Shown: positions 10,401 to 19,182, counted from the first letter of the stretch. The stretch is 40,537 nucleotides of DNA from a virus (IMGVR_UViG_3300044606_000221:1-40537), one strand, 5' to 3'. Notes: generated by a model from the letters alone, not told the origin. Numbers and translations are program-made.

Positions 10401-11043
10401 GCAGAAAAAGCGTGGTCGAACCGAGCCCTTCGAAGACCGCGTCGGCGAATCCGTTCTCCGAAACCTCGCCCCGAAGGGACGCCGCGGCATCCTCGATGCG
10501 TCCCGCCGCATCCTTGGCAGCTCTCCAGTCCGTCAGCCACGCGACCCCCTTCCCCAGAGAGGATGCAGTGTTCAGAAACCCGACTGTCATGCCGCCGACC
10601 ATCCTCGAGAGCGCATCCTCTCCGGCGGCATTGAACCTCTCCGCCCATTCGGGGAGACGCTCCGGGCTTGGATCGTTCCGACGCAGCGCCGGAACGATGT
10701 CCTGCCGCTGCACGACCCCTGCCCCTGGGAAAATCTCCTCCACGACGGGCTCGATGCGTCCTTTCACCTCGAAACGCTTCGAAAGCCTCTCCACCGGGAC
10801 ACCGTATGCGCCGGAATACGCCTCGAAGGCGTTCGACAGCAGTGCGTCTCCGTAGCGGGCAGTCGTCTCCTCCGTCCTGCCGAGACGCTCCCCGATCTCC
10901 CTCATGGAGTACCCCTCGGCAAGAGCGCGCTCCACCCTTGCGTCGAGACGCTCCTCTATCGCCGCGTCGTCGTATCCCGCGTCCCGTGCGGCCCTGATGC
11001 GATCCGCATAGGCGGGGAACCGGAGCGTAAGCAGATCTTCCAT
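4444..11043 (-). CDS. Large internal virion (ejection) polyvalent protein with ADP-ribosyltransferase-like, MuF-C/BECR-like and zincin metallopeptidase domains
   Basis: 2199 aa at the podovirus ejection-protein position; YRAVP..GDWVTPS..YA..ELGYD; TP..L..HPG..QIPEALADPIAIFES..SAYGK; LLHETGH...HERFARGFEAYLMTG. Confidence 0.8.
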   Translation of the reverse strand: MEDLLTLRFPAYADRIRAARDAGYDDAAIEERLDARVERALAEGYSMREIGERLGRTEETTARYGDALLSNAFEAYSGAYGVPVERLSKRFEVKGRIEPVVEEIFPGAGVVQRQDIVPALRRNDPSPERLPEWAERFNAAGEDALSRMVGGMTVGFLNTASSLGKGVAWLTDWRAAKDAAGRIEDAAASLRGEVSENGFADAVFEGLGSTTLFLLPGAFIARSLGAGGALLSGSAVHALARYAGTTVSAALEALSEGGSVYFQVLERTGDERLASSSASSTFWLNMPLNFLTDKLGFFGDNEAVGKLLGHLGVSEGVTQALRGALAGAISEGGQETLQGIISQRFGEGTPWDEMNLTEIAWREGLPASFVGALFGVGMDVMLHRKEMPDSGKAEQARKEAAEIFEAARESAIRAGVSEEEAGGFAALLAARATVVAREEGVSAKEWYERQGLEIRREGAEDPAFDVEQFVYRQQTALEKIDTGEGSQNDAKALDKRYFAAVEAGDMDAAQAIVDEAARVAGYGSDEDYRMQHRAPNREDYCLAGIRESSPVPDDYWSHPEWYMSGSEEQEAFRAVLAALRQDEAKGDGLTALTVYRAVPKGVKEGSFRNGDWVTPSRAYAELAGAWIRGGFRIIETRVPLKDLWWDGNSIAELGYDDGESYVYKDTRNNRKLSGPVVRDMEGNVVPPSRRFKPRKAETFYQRNADAKLQQDAAAWSNTVDQVLSGGISPRDEVPVMTTPLAFHLIGAKVLPVVIRAGKIVKILQDHPGIGPDLIKQIPEALADPIAIFESDASGKYRGLVAMLELLDKDGATIVAALHLDVKLHIGGYFVNKLSSAYGKGTSGGADNQWFIRQIEKGNLRYINIDKSSLWLDRAGIGFTGGSRLESFLSLSVKTEADLVKLRQQHPGFYHGTDSGPPRGAIEFERGRTVIRLFEGADRSTLLHETGHLFLRDLEQAGKLSEQARRDWTTVLEWLESDGALTREQHERFARGFEAYLMTGRAPSSGLRDVFEKFRQWLTALYRSVSALNVEVSPEVRGVFDRMLATPEERFEREAFDQAARGEPPEAEETAEEDTSARFEDLPPAPEEAEAERRGREVERAADLAAEGDEESLFDPAWFEGTREGVDAVDEWLVRQHEADEAGNAYADFRKLVSEIVAEGGLRFEDLAELVGRETAREIKRRMPMIFRKTGTSLDKVAQVLGMGDEALALRLKNAPVRPQPLPPVLEVTGETLPWIVERMGTSGAKTYLKSRERAVREERKTLQTAFEEARDRGDPAATEEFRVRLWGLYRESGLIREALEGFAGATEDAGATEDAGATDGKTREVAWRDLVWKTRESAARWIRANVRDVIDEVTGRTKVGQLVTESDALAAVMKAAQKYSRTAFFAGRAGGIVAGVLRERIRMAELRRLRRLHEAERKEVRTLVKEIEMSTRGGVSWPRKMEILETLRGYDLKQRREETLRIRREMEVFLAENPEAVETVHEEDLASLDRVSLSDMSIDELRQLHERIMEIRAEGVEEYRAKEAADRERIDTMREELLAALGGRTEKEPGWRLVSPGTIPDGKNPDSRLNKIRAETLNPSRLFDWLDGAVDFRGAWHRLFVENVDAAEDGRLRAEEARADWMRERMELYGITEKKLAEVRIGDAGMFDPERRVVEPLTLDQCLHIYAGWFNPLNRAALRYGNGVSEELAARVASVLSVDEKAFAVSVIEEFERNRKRLEEALLDADNLGFIPQQAYIRMYRTAWTNRRGETLDEGLEGARREALRVNGLQRQYVERGWSRERKNVPEDFQQPITLGLLYTWRRAVGEQEHFIAFRKLTKELHAVFAERDEPGMPSLRTSVEAKFGRDAAEAVQEYVNRIADPEFYKGFKTIDQMARRLRSNLAVAALAYNFATAIKQPQALIYYLRDAGAAHLVASVGEFLAHPVKTMRRVWEMDPQVKRAALDRTLEELKRTWKPTAAQRAALAGFVPLAVLDGITRVIGWNAVYRAELARGASSEEARYRAQRVTLNTQQAASPKELARFMARNETLNLLTVFGNQANKIWGVAVHDIVGDFRHGRLRKGLYGSMGLVVGVILMDLLSNGEPPEDGREVVRRLGGQLVSNIPIIGSSLFASMSIGRPGGTPIDSVANAVARVMTEFMSGDYVDSGLALLEAYTLVLGGNIPVVAIKRMILAAQSGDPTALLGWVKRERRRRKALVAP
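7088..7137. repeat. 18-bp tandem repeat (about 2.8 copies) encoding GATEDA
   Basis: tccgtcgctccggcgtcc x2 followed by tccgtcgctccggc. Confidence 0.95.
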
Positions 11044-11052
11044 GTCACATCC

Positions 11053-12621
11053 TCATTCCCTGAAAAGAATGCCGTCGAGCGGCTCCGGCGACTCCGCCTC
11101 CGGAGCCTTCCCGTTCTCAAGTGTCGCCTCGCCCTCTTCCCCGATCTCCACATACCCCTTCTTCTCGATCATCCGGAGCATCTTTCCCGCGTCGGTATCG
11201 CGCAATCCCATCCAGCTCGTCGTCGGCGCGCCGCTCTCCTCGATCATCCGCTTCAGAATCCCCCGGGCGAGATCGTCGAACTGTTCCCTCGCGAAGGCAC
11301 CCGACGCGGCGGCCTCGTCGAACTCAGCCAGCGCGTCGAACTGCAAGTCCAGAAGATCCAGCGCTTTCAGCGAACTCCTGAGGTTCGACCGCGCCACGCT
11401 CCGCGCCTTTCCGTCCAGGACGTCCCGTTTCCTCCGGTCCTCCCGCAGCGTTCCGAGCAGCCGCCGCCCCTGTCGTTCGCTGAGAAGTCCGTCCGCAACA
11501 GCATCCGTCACGGTCACCTCATCAGTCCTTCCCGAAAGGATTCCCGCGTACAGTCTCTCGTAGGCCGCTTCCGCCTCCGTCCGCGACGTCCCGAACTGCT
11601 CCAGCTTCATGAAATCCCGCTCCTCCGGAGTCGCCTTCTTCCACCGCGTGCGGAAAGCACGGTTCTCCGCCCGTTCCGCCATGGCGATACGGCGTTCCAC
11701 CATACCCTCGAAGCGGTTCGTCCAGGTGAGTGCCCTGTCCGGATCCAGAAGCCCCTTGTCCCGCAGCGTGAGCAACTGCGCTGCGGAGACACTTTTCCCC
11801 TGCATATAGGCCGTGGAGAGGGCCTCCTCAGTTTCGCGGTAGCGCTCCTCCAAGGCGCGCCGTTCCTCCTCCCTCGCGTTGGAGAGCTCGCTCCTATGGT
11901 GCGACTCCAGCCGTTTCCTCGTCTCCTCGTCGAGATCCGGATACCGTTCCGGATCGAAGGTCCACGCCTTCGGCGAGGCCGCGATGTCCGCCAGCGCGTC
12001 GTTGAACGAGATGGACCGCATCGCCCCGGAAAGGTACTTCTGCCTCGTCGTCTCATCGAGCCAGGACGCCCCGGACACCAGCGCCGCTACCCCAGCCCGG
12101 TCCCTGTTCGTCACGAGTTTTCCGTAGGCATCCTCGAAAACGGCGTTCCTGTGGTTCGTCTGTTTCGCCAGGAAGAGCTCCTGCAGGTTCCCCTCCTCGG
12201 AAACCCCCTTCAGTTCCAGATACTGCGAGAGCCTCTCCGCGACCCGAGAATTCCCGATCCTGCCGAGTATCTCCCCAGCGAATTTCTCGTAGTTTCCGCG
12301 CACCCTGGGAAAAATTCCCTCGTAGTCCGGATTCTGCGACTCTTCCAGATAGGAAGTCCGCCACCATGCATCCACATCGGCCTTCGCCTTTGCGAACTCC
12401 ACGGCATCGACCTCGTCCCTCCGCTCCATGGCGACGGAAAAGAGCCTCTCTCCGGAGCGCGACACGACCGCACCGAGACGTGCCGCCGCACGCGCGATCT
12501 CCTCCTGCCCGGCCTCGGCGAGTTGTCCGCCGAATGCCCCCGGCGGCACGTGCTCCGGCATCCTCACCGAAGGAAGCTGTCTCGGTTCCACCCGAACCTG
12601 ATACCGCGGCACTCTCGGCAT
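11053..12621 (-). CDS. Internal virion/ejection protein
   Basis: 522 aa, helical, MPRVPRY start; lies between the gp14-like gene and the giant ejection protein. Confidence 0.7.
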   Translation of the reverse strand: MPRVPRYQVRVEPRQLPSVRMPEHVPPGAFGGQLAEAGQEEIARAAARLGAVVSRSGERLFSVAMERRDEVDAVEFAKAKADVDAWWRTSYLEESQNPDYEGIFPRVRGNYEKFAGEILGRIGNSRVAERLSQYLELKGVSEEGNLQELFLAKQTNHRNAVFEDAYGKLVTNRDRAGVAALVSGASWLDETTRQKYLSGAMRSISFNDALADIAASPKAWTFDPERYPDLDEETRKRLESHHRSELSNAREEERRALEERYRETEEALSTAYMQGKSVSAAQLLTLRDKGLLDPDRALTWTNRFEGMVERRIAMAERAENRAFRTRWKKATPEERDFMKLEQFGTSRTEAEAAYERLYAGILSGRTDEVTVTDAVADGLLSERQGRRLLGTLREDRRKRDVLDGKARSVARSNLRSSLKALDLLDLQFDALAEFDEAAASGAFAREQFDDLARGILKRMIEESGAPTTSWMGLRDTDAGKMLRMIEKKGYVEIGEEGEATLENGKAPEAESPEPLDGILFRE

Positions 12622-12635
12622 GTCCTCACCTCACG

Positions 12636-12667
12636 AAAAAAGCCGCCCCCACTGAACAGGAGCGGCT
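12636..12667 (-). terminator. Rho-independent terminator
   Basis: Minus strand AGCCGCTCC...GGGGCGGC followed by TTTTTT. Confidence 0.7.
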
Positions 12668-12677
12668 CATATTCATA

Positions 12678-13358
12678 TCACCACGCATTTCTGCGGCCCC
12701 ACCACGAACTCCATCGGTCGGCGTAGCCGATTCTTTTCCCGCTGTAGGTTCCGACACCGGCTCCTGCAGCACCTCCTCCCTTCCACTGCATCCACTGAGA
12801 CGCCACCGACGAGGCCCCGGCGAGCAGCGACGCCGTGGAGTTCAACCGGCCCGTATAGAGCGCGTTCTCCGCGCCGAGCTCCCCGAGCGCGCGGTCATTC
12901 TTCGCCTCGAAGAGCGCCAGACGCTTCCGCCCTTCGAGTCCTGCCGCCTCCGCTTGGAATCCCCACTTCTCCGCCATCGTGTTGAAGCGGCTCATGGCCG
13001 CGTCCTGTTCCACCAGCATCGCCGAATCCGCCACGAGAGACAGCGGCGACCCCACGGAGATATCCACCCCGGAAGCGGCCCCCGCCGCGCGCTGCGCCCC
13101 CTTGAAGGCCCTTCCCTCCATCCGCAGCCGTTCCTCCTCTATTTTCCCGCGCGCCCCCGCCGTCTCCGCCTGTTGCAACGCAACCTTCCTGTTCTGCTCG
13201 ATGAGTTCGGCCTGATACTCCGCCTGGCGGGCCGCGGCCTCGGACTGAACACGGATCGCGTTCGCCTGCGCTCTCGCGGCAGCCATGGCCGCATTAGCCT
13301 GCATGGCACTGCCCACCGCGGACATCGCCACACCCAGGAACTCAAGCCCCGTGCACAT
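12678..13358 (-). CDS. Internal virion protein (T7 gp14-like)
   Basis: MC start, Ala/Gln-rich helices, QRAAGAASGVDISVGSPL motif typical of this family. Confidence 0.75.
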   Translation of the reverse strand: MCTGLEFLGVAMSAVGSAMQANAAMAAARAQANAIRVQSEAAARQAEYQAELIEQNRKVALQQAETAGARGKIEEERLRMEGRAFKGAQRAAGAASGVDISVGSPLSLVADSAMLVEQDAAMSRFNTMAEKWGFQAEAAGLEGRKRLALFEAKNDRALGELGAENALYTGRLNSTASLLAGASSVASQWMQWKGGGAAGAGVGTYSGKRIGYADRWSSWWGRRNAW

Positions 13359-13878
13359 CCGACACCCCCACCCCTCTGTTTCGCCTCATTTCAATCCTGC
13401 AGAAGGGCAATCCCTCGGCGCCGTAAGGGCGTGCGGGATGCACCTCAAATCCGACCCTCTCGCACCAGGACAGACTGACGACATTCCGGGCGTCCACCCA
13501 ATTCTCCAGGATCTCGAACCGCCGTCGCATGAGCCCGACGACCCTCCCGCCGTAGCGGAGGAACGGCACCCGCACTCGGAGAAACTCCTCCGTCGCCAGA
13601 AGCCACGGAATCCCCTTCCGGTCCGAGAGCAGCGACACCGGAGCGCATCCGAACACCACCACGGGACACTCCCGAAGCGCCACCACGTACAGCATGGAAC
13701 TCGTTCTTACGGAAACGTCCAGTGCCTGCAGCGGCGTCATGTGGTGCGACGCCCACACCTCCCTTCGGTCCTCCCCGCGCATCCTCTCCGCAACGAAGGA
13801 AACATCCCCCTCGCGCAACCTGCGGAGAGAGACATCCCCCCTGGCGGCGAGCACGTCCTCAGCCACCGGCGACCACAT
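13342..13878 (-). CDS. GNAT-fold virion-associated protein (T7 gp13-like)
   Basis: MRGEDRREVWA, GIPWLLAT, LENWVDARNVVSLSWCERVGF; directly follows the tail nozzle gene. Confidence 0.75.
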   Translation of the reverse strand: MWSPVAEDVLAARGDVSLRRLREGDVSFVAERMRGEDRREVWASHHMTPLQALDVSVRTSSMLYVVALRECPVVVFGCAPVSLLSDRKGIPWLLATEEFLRVRVPFLRYGGRVVGLMRRRFEILENWVDARNVVSLSWCERVGFEVHPARPYGAEGLPFCRIEMRRNRGVGVSDVHGA

Positions 13879-16321
13879 TCGGAATCACCGCCAGAACCGA
13901 CAGGGGAAGCGGATCCCGCATCCGGATGAACACCCGGCCCCTTGAATCGAATCCACCCTGCAACTGCACATCCTTGTCTCCGGAAAAGAGGCGCACCGGA
14001 GCACCCCAAGGCTCGTCCGTCCGAAACTTCACCTCGTCCAGCCGCTCCGCATCGGGACCGACCCAAAACCCACGTGTGCGATCCACCCGAACCGTCACCG
14101 ACGGAATAGCCTTCTTTCGCCCGAGCAGCGTCCCGTCTCCCTGCACATCGATGTCGAGCGTTTCCAGGTCGCATTCGTAAGGAAGCCCCACATGCACCGT
14201 CGAATAGACGCCCGGAAGCGTCAGCGCTCCTCCGGCCACAACCTGTTTCGGAAGTACATGCCCGTCGGCGAGAATCGCCACCGCCTCCCCGTTCAGGTGC
14301 GACAGCCCCGTCACCGTCGCCGATGCAGAGCCCGTCTTCGTCACGGCGCAGTCCATGAAGACTCCGGACACCGGATCGTCCTGGGGAAGCCGCGTCGCGA
14401 GACGCTCCACGAACCGCTTCGTAACGCCCCCGACGGTACGGCGAACGATCAGCCACAACTCGTCCTCGACTTCTCCGGGCACGGAACAGAGCGACTCCAC
14501 CGCCCCCCGCGTCTCGTGGCGGTGCCAGGCGACCACGTCGTGCTCCCTCATGTACGTGAGCCCGACCAGGGACCCGTCCGAGAGCGCGCACCAGACCACC
14601 GACCACGGAGCTTGCTGATATGCCATGTCTACAACCCTCTTCCCCCGGAAAAGGTGCTCCGCGAGCACCGTCAGGTCCGTTCCCGAGTACCCGTCGCTCT
14701 CCAGGGAATAGGCGAGGTTCCGGACGACGCCCCGCCTGTCCGCGTAGAGAATCTCGTTCCCCACCACCAGAGGATCCACCTCGGAGGATCCCCGGTATCC
14801 CTCCGCCGTGCCCATGATCGACGAGGGAGTGACGATGCCGTCCACTCCGCCCAGTTTCCATTCGCTTCCGACCGTGAGCACCATGAGTTCCTTCAGGCTC
14901 AGGAGATGCCGCACCGCGTTCACCTGCCGCGACGAGAGTGATACCGAAATGGCATCGTCATCCGCCGTCGGGAGGGATGTTCCGAAATTCCGGTAATCCG
15001 CAGGTCGGGAAAGCCACACCATGTCCGGCCTCGACTTCGTTCCTCCGAAGGCAAGGCGGTCCTGATAGAACGCCACAGCCCTCGGGAAACCGCGGACGAA
15101 AGAGAATGCCCCCTCGGCCCAGTCCGTCGTTCCCTCGGAAAGAGGCGGAAGCGTGCGCTTCACCTGTGCCGTTACACTCGTCGGAGAAGAAACGCTCCAG
15201 ATCTCCACGATACCGTCGTATTGCCCGCCGAAATCCTCCAGCTTCACGAACCCGAAGTCCATGGACCCCTCCGGAAGTGCCTGGCTGAAGGAAGAGGCGA
15301 CGAAGCGCACCCAGGACGGCTCGTCCAGCTCACCCGAGTCGCTGTAGTTCTTGTTCGCCGATGACGTGTAGGAACGGTGCGTGATCCACACTCCCGAATC
15401 CGGATCCTTCACCTGCACGCTTACGTTCCCGTTCCAGAAGCCACCCGTTTCAAAGCGCCAGCCGTTGTAACACAGAATCTCGTACGTAGTCCCGACCATG
15501 GCTCCCATGTTGATGAACCAGTTCCCATGCGGCGACGAGGGCCACCCCGGCGGAACCAGATCCTCATCATCCGGATCCTGGTCCCGCCAACACACGTACA
15601 GATTCGGAGTCGCCCCCAACGTGTACCGCACCACCTCATTCCGCCGATACCCGAAATTCTGCTGTCTGTTCGGATCGAAAACCGTCGATGAAGTGACCGG
15701 AGCCGTCTGCTTCGACGTGGGAGGAACGAAGGACGACAGCCGGAACAGAGCGGACTCATGATCCGACGAGAACATCGCCGCCGATGCCGTGAGCGTCACC
15801 AGTCCCGTCGTTCCACTTGCCGTGATGCGCGTAGCCGAGGTGTTCGTCTCCAGAAACGGTCCGTTCCGCATCTCGAACGCCGTGAGCGACCAGTTCGCAT
15901 CACCCCTGCGCGTCAGCGTCATGACGGTGTTGAAGTCCTTGCCACAGAGCCACACCATGTCCCCCGACTGCGCGTAGGTGAGGCGACCGAGTTCCTCCGC
16001 GCTCCACGGAGAAGCAAGCTCGTAGGGGACGCCGCCCGAGAACACCGGCGCTCCGTTCTTGAAAAACCGGACGTAATAGTCGCCGAATTCGAGAACATAG
16101 TTGTCCTCGGCGCTGAAGGAAAAAGGAATCAGGCGCACCCGCCCGGAATTTTTCGTCGTCGTCACGTACCGTGTCCCCGGACGGTTTGACGCACCGCCGT
16201 GGGGATGCACAATGAAGTTCTTCAACGTGCGACATCCCACGGCGTACTTCGCCAGATCCGTCCTCGCGTACAGCGCCGGGGAAAGCTCCCCCGCCGCGAA
16301 GCTCGCCTGAAGAGGCCTCAT
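13859..16321 (-). CDS. Tail tubular protein B (nozzle)
   Basis: QASFAAGELSPALYARTDLAKY...GG..NRPGT; FPRAVAFYQDRL; VVAWHRH; VHVGLPY. Confidence 0.92.
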   Translation of the reverse strand: MRPLQASFAAGELSPALYARTDLAKYAVGCRTLKNFIVHPHGGASNRPGTRYVTTTKNSGRVRLIPFSFSAEDNYVLEFGDYYVRFFKNGAPVFSGGVPYELASPWSAEELGRLTYAQSGDMVWLCGKDFNTVMTLTRRGDANWSLTAFEMRNGPFLETNTSATRITASGTTGLVTLTASAAMFSSDHESALFRLSSFVPPTSKQTAPVTSSTVFDPNRQQNFGYRRNEVVRYTLGATPNLYVCWRDQDPDDEDLVPPGWPSSPHGNWFINMGAMVGTTYEILCYNGWRFETGGFWNGNVSVQVKDPDSGVWITHRSYTSSANKNYSDSGELDEPSWVRFVASSFSQALPEGSMDFGFVKLEDFGGQYDGIVEIWSVSSPTSVTAQVKRTLPPLSEGTTDWAEGAFSFVRGFPRAVAFYQDRLAFGGTKSRPDMVWLSRPADYRNFGTSLPTADDDAISVSLSSRQVNAVRHLLSLKELMVLTVGSEWKLGGVDGIVTPSSIMGTAEGYRGSSEVDPLVVGNEILYADRRGVVRNLAYSLESDGYSGTDLTVLAEHLFRGKRVVDMAYQQAPWSVVWCALSDGSLVGLTYMREHDVVAWHRHETRGAVESLCSVPGEVEDELWLIVRRTVGGVTKRFVERLATRLPQDDPVSGVFMDCAVTKTGSASATVTGLSHLNGEAVAILADGHVLPKQVVAGGALTLPGVYSTVHVGLPYECDLETLDIDVQGDGTLLGRKKAIPSVTVRVDRTRGFWVGPDAERLDEVKFRTDEPWGAPVRLFSGDKDVQLQGGFDSRGRVFIRMRDPLPLSVLAVIPNVVAGG

Positions 16322-16322
16322 T

Positions 16323-16925
16323 TCACCGCACCTCCACGTACCTCCGGGACTGCGTCACCTCCCGGACACCCTCCGACGCCGCCACGGTCCCAGCGCGCCG
16401 TGCAAGCAGCTCCGCCTTGCGGTAACAGTACTCCGCGACCCTTTCCTGACCGATGAGCGAATAGGCCAGGTCCGCCGCAAGGCGCGTCGCGAGCAATTCC
16501 ACGAAAAGCGCGTCGAACTTCGTCACGTCCTCAATGCGCGCCGTGTACTCCAACCACGCCTCCGGAAGATCCGCCAAAACCCGCAGACCACAGGTGGACC
16601 GAACACCATCCGACGAGACAATCTCGAAACGCTCCCGTTCCACCTTCCCGAGCGCCGCCCCCGAAAAGAGTCTCCTGGCGAAAAGACAGTCCCCGGGGTA
16701 CTGGTACACGTGAAGCCACCCCGGACGGCTTTCGCCTGCGACTTCCGTCAGCGCAGCACAGCGCGCCGCGAAGTTCCAGGGGAACTCACGGAGCAATGCA
16801 TCCCGCGTCGGAGCAAACGCGAGGGAGAGCGCCCGCGCCGCCTGGGACTGCTCGTCCAGGCTCGACACGGGCGCCACATTGATCAGAAGAAGTGCCTTGT
16901 TCGCTATCTGCGTTTCCGACACCAC
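16323..16925 (-). CDS. Tail tubular protein A (adaptor)
   Basis: SETQIANKAL, RDALLREFPWNFA, YQYPGDCL, FDALFVELLATRLA. Confidence 0.9.
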   Translation of the reverse strand: MVSETQIANKALLLINVAPVSSLDEQSQAARALSLAFAPTRDALLREFPWNFAARCAALTEVAGESRPGWLHVYQYPGDCLFARRLFSGAALGKVERERFEIVSSDGVRSTCGLRVLADLPEAWLEYTARIEDVTKFDALFVELLATRLAADLAYSLIGQERVAEYCYRKAELLARRAGTVAASEGVREVTQSRRYVEVR

Positions 16926-16927
16926 GG

Positions 16928-17110
16928 CTACTCCTCCCTCCGCCGCGCCTCCCTCCGCCCGGAAGCATCCGCCGCGGATTTTTTCTCTCCGGCAAGAGGC
17001 GAACAGTGCCGAGGCACCCGCTCCCCCTCGCCGAAGGAAACAATCTCCCCGGCTCGAAGATACCGCCCGGAGAAATCAACGCAATCCCTAAGGACCAGAT
17101 GGTCCGTCAT
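16928..17110 (-). CDS. Small hypothetical protein
   Basis: 60 aa from ATG 17110 (MTDHLVLRDC...) after an AAGGGGTGG RBS; fills the gap between cement and adaptor genes. Confidence 0.55.
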   Translation of the reverse strand: MTDHLVLRDCVDFSGRYLRAGEIVSFGEGERVPRHCSPLAGEKKSAADASGRREARRREE

Positions 17111-17123
17111 CGGAAACCACCCC

Positions 17124-17522
17124 TTAGCCGTTCGTCTGGGCGTCCGGCGTGAGAAACGCGGTGAACTTACCGGCCGTGAGCGGACCTGTCCCCACCGTGA
17201 AGAAAGCACGAAGATAGCGCTTCACGCCCTGGGGAACGCGGACCCTCACCGGCGTGGCTCCCTTGACGAGCACCGCCTTTCCGACTTCCCCCGACGCGTG
17301 GAGCGTCGTCTTCGTCCCGAAGGCTTCCGCGTCGCTCGTCTCCAGAGAGAACACCACCGTCGCAGCGCCGGACGCCGCTGCCGCCTCGGCCACGTTCACC
17401 ACGAAAAAGAGTTCGTTTCCGTAGGCATCGCCTCCCTTTACCAGATCCACCACGTCAGTGGAGGGCGCCGAGGCCGTCACCGCCTGCTCCCTGCAGAAAA
17501 GATTCAACTTGTCGAGAACCAT
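17124..17522 (-). CDS. Capsid cement/decoration protein (BPP-1 Bbp16-like)
   Basis: MVLDKLNLF..QAVTASAPSTDVVDL...RYLRAFFTVGTGPLTAGKFTAFL; follows the major capsid gene. Confidence 0.85.
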   Translation of the reverse strand: MVLDKLNLFCREQAVTASAPSTDVVDLVKGGDAYGNELFFVVNVAEAAAASGAATVVFSLETSDAEAFGTKTTLHASGEVGKAVLVKGATPVRVRVPQGVKRYLRAFFTVGTGPLTAGKFTAFLTPDAQTNG

Positions 17523-17544
17523 CGTTTTCCTCCTTCCGTTCCCA

Positions 17545-18531
17545 TTACGCGAAGGGAACCGCCGCTTCAGTGTTCAGAATCGCGTCGCAACGCCGGACGG
17601 GCATACCGTCAAAAGCGAGGACCTGCTTGCCGGCCACGTTGTCCCAAGTCAGATTCACGTTGTTCTTCGCCAGAATCTGCTTCCGCAATGCAGACCGCAC
17701 CGTCTTGTTGCAGTACCACACCGCGCGCCCCATGCCCATGCTCGGAGGAACCTCGCCGGCGTCGATCATCAGATTGATCAGATTGGCCGCGGAACTCCCG
17801 GCCAGGTCCGAAACATCGATGTTCGCAATCCGAACGACGTAGCGCCAATCCCGGACAGTGAGCCCGCATTTCCACTGGTAGTGGCTCCGGAACCCCTGAT
17901 ACAGACCGCCGTTCCCGTCCTCAAGCGTTACCTCGCCGAGATCCTCCTGCAGGAGCCCCGCCTTGGATCCCTTCGGATAGATTCCGTGGACCGTATTTTC
18001 CCCCCACACCACAAGCCAGATCGACGTGTTGTCGTCACCCCGTCCGCCTCCGTCGATCACGTTCGCCCCAGACGGCACGCTCGGATCACTGAAACGGGGA
18101 GCCAGCCCGACGAACTGTTCCGGCTTCGTCTTCTCCCCGTAGAACACCGTCCTCGCCATCTCCTGGTTCATCGCCTCCACGAAGGCCCTGTCCTCGGAAA
18201 GGCGAAACTCAGCCGTGTTCCCGTTCAGTATCGCCAGATCCTTGTCCACCTCCGCGTAGGCCTCCAGCATCCCCGTCGTGTCCGTCACCTGGACAGTCTG
18301 ACTCTTGCTTTTGGGAACACCGTAGTTCAGCAGCCTCCAGGCCACGGCGGGGAGCCCCGTCCGGACCGTGGTCTTGTGCCCCGTGGGAAGATTGCCCTCC
18401 ACCCAGGGCATGTCCGTGAGAATCTCGTTCGTGGCTTGCAACATCTCCACAATGGCCGAAATCTTCCCGGACGGATCCGTCCGGCGGGCCACATCCATCA
18501 ACGTGGGATTCAAGTTCGCAAGCGTCGCCAT
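17545..18531 (-). CDS. Major capsid protein (BPP-1 Bbp17-like)
   Basis: PTLMDVARRTDP, TGHKTTVRTGLP, TSIWLVVWG, GLTVRDWRYVVRIANID, GMPVRRCDAILNTE. Confidence 0.95.
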   Translation of the reverse strand: MATLANLNPTLMDVARRTDPSGKISAIVEMLQATNEILTDMPWVEGNLPTGHKTTVRTGLPAVAWRLLNYGVPKSKSQTVQVTDTTGMLEAYAEVDKDLAILNGNTAEFRLSEDRAFVEAMNQEMARTVFYGEKTKPEQFVGLAPRFSDPSVPSGANVIDGGGRGDDNTSIWLVVWGENTVHGIYPKGSKAGLLQEDLGEVTLEDGNGGLYQGFRSHYQWKCGLTVRDWRYVVRIANIDVSDLAGSSAANLINLMIDAGEVPPSMGMGRAVWYCNKTVRSALRKQILAKNNVNLTWDNVAGKQVLAFDGMPVRRCDAILNTEAAVPFA

Positions 18532-18549
18532 CGTTCACACTCCTTTCCG

Positions 18550-19182
18550 TCATCTTCCGCGCTTCGCGGAAGGATACATGGCACCAAGAATCTCCTCCTT
18601 CGTCGGTTCGGACCCGACGGACCCGCCCAGAGGCGGCCGGTCCTCTCCGAGAGCCCTCCCAACCCTGACGAGAAAGCGCAGCACCTCGGGATGATTCCCC
18701 AGACGGTCGTCCACGAGGATCTTCTTCAATCCCGGCGTCCCGAGCCTCTCCACGATCCCCATGGCGATGCCGCGGTTCTCGTCCAGCCTCGCCCCTCCGA
18801 TCTCCCTGTCCTTCCTCACCTCCTCGGTCCACGCCGCCACCTGTTCCTCGTGCCGCTGCACCACCGCCGTCATGGCGGCCTGCTCTTTCCTCACGAGAAG
18901 ATCCACCAGTTTCTGCGCGTTCGTCTGGGAAAGATTCAGTTCCCTCGCCACGCCGCAAAACTCCTCGGCTGCCGTCTCGTCGTATGCGAACCCTTCCGGG
19001 ATCTTGAACGGCTCATAGGCCTCCGGCGCGCCTCCCTCCGGAGGCTTGTTCTCCCCGGGAAGTTCAGACGGAGGCATCCCCTCCGGAGGAGTTCCTCCGC
19101 CGCCGGAGGGCGGATCCCCAGCGGGAGAATCACCCACCGGAGGATCTGCGAAAATCTGGAGATCGAACGTCTTCCCATTCAT
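18550..19182 (-). CDS. Capsid scaffolding protein
   Basis: Pro/Gly/Glu-rich N-terminus, APEAYEPF..PEG, LGNHPEVLRFL..G..LGED; directly upstream of the capsid gene; N-terminal FDLQIFA motif. Confidence 0.8.
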   Translation of the reverse strand: MNGKTFDLQIFADPPVGDSPAGDPPSGGGGTPPEGMPPSELPGENKPPEGGAPEAYEPFKIPEGFAYDETAAEEFCGVARELNLSQTNAQKLVDLLVRKEQAAMTAVVQRHEEQVAAWTEEVRKDREIGGARLDENRGIAMGIVERLGTPGLKKILVDDRLGNHPEVLRFLVRVGRALGEDRPPLGGSVGSEPTKEEILGAMYPSAKRGR

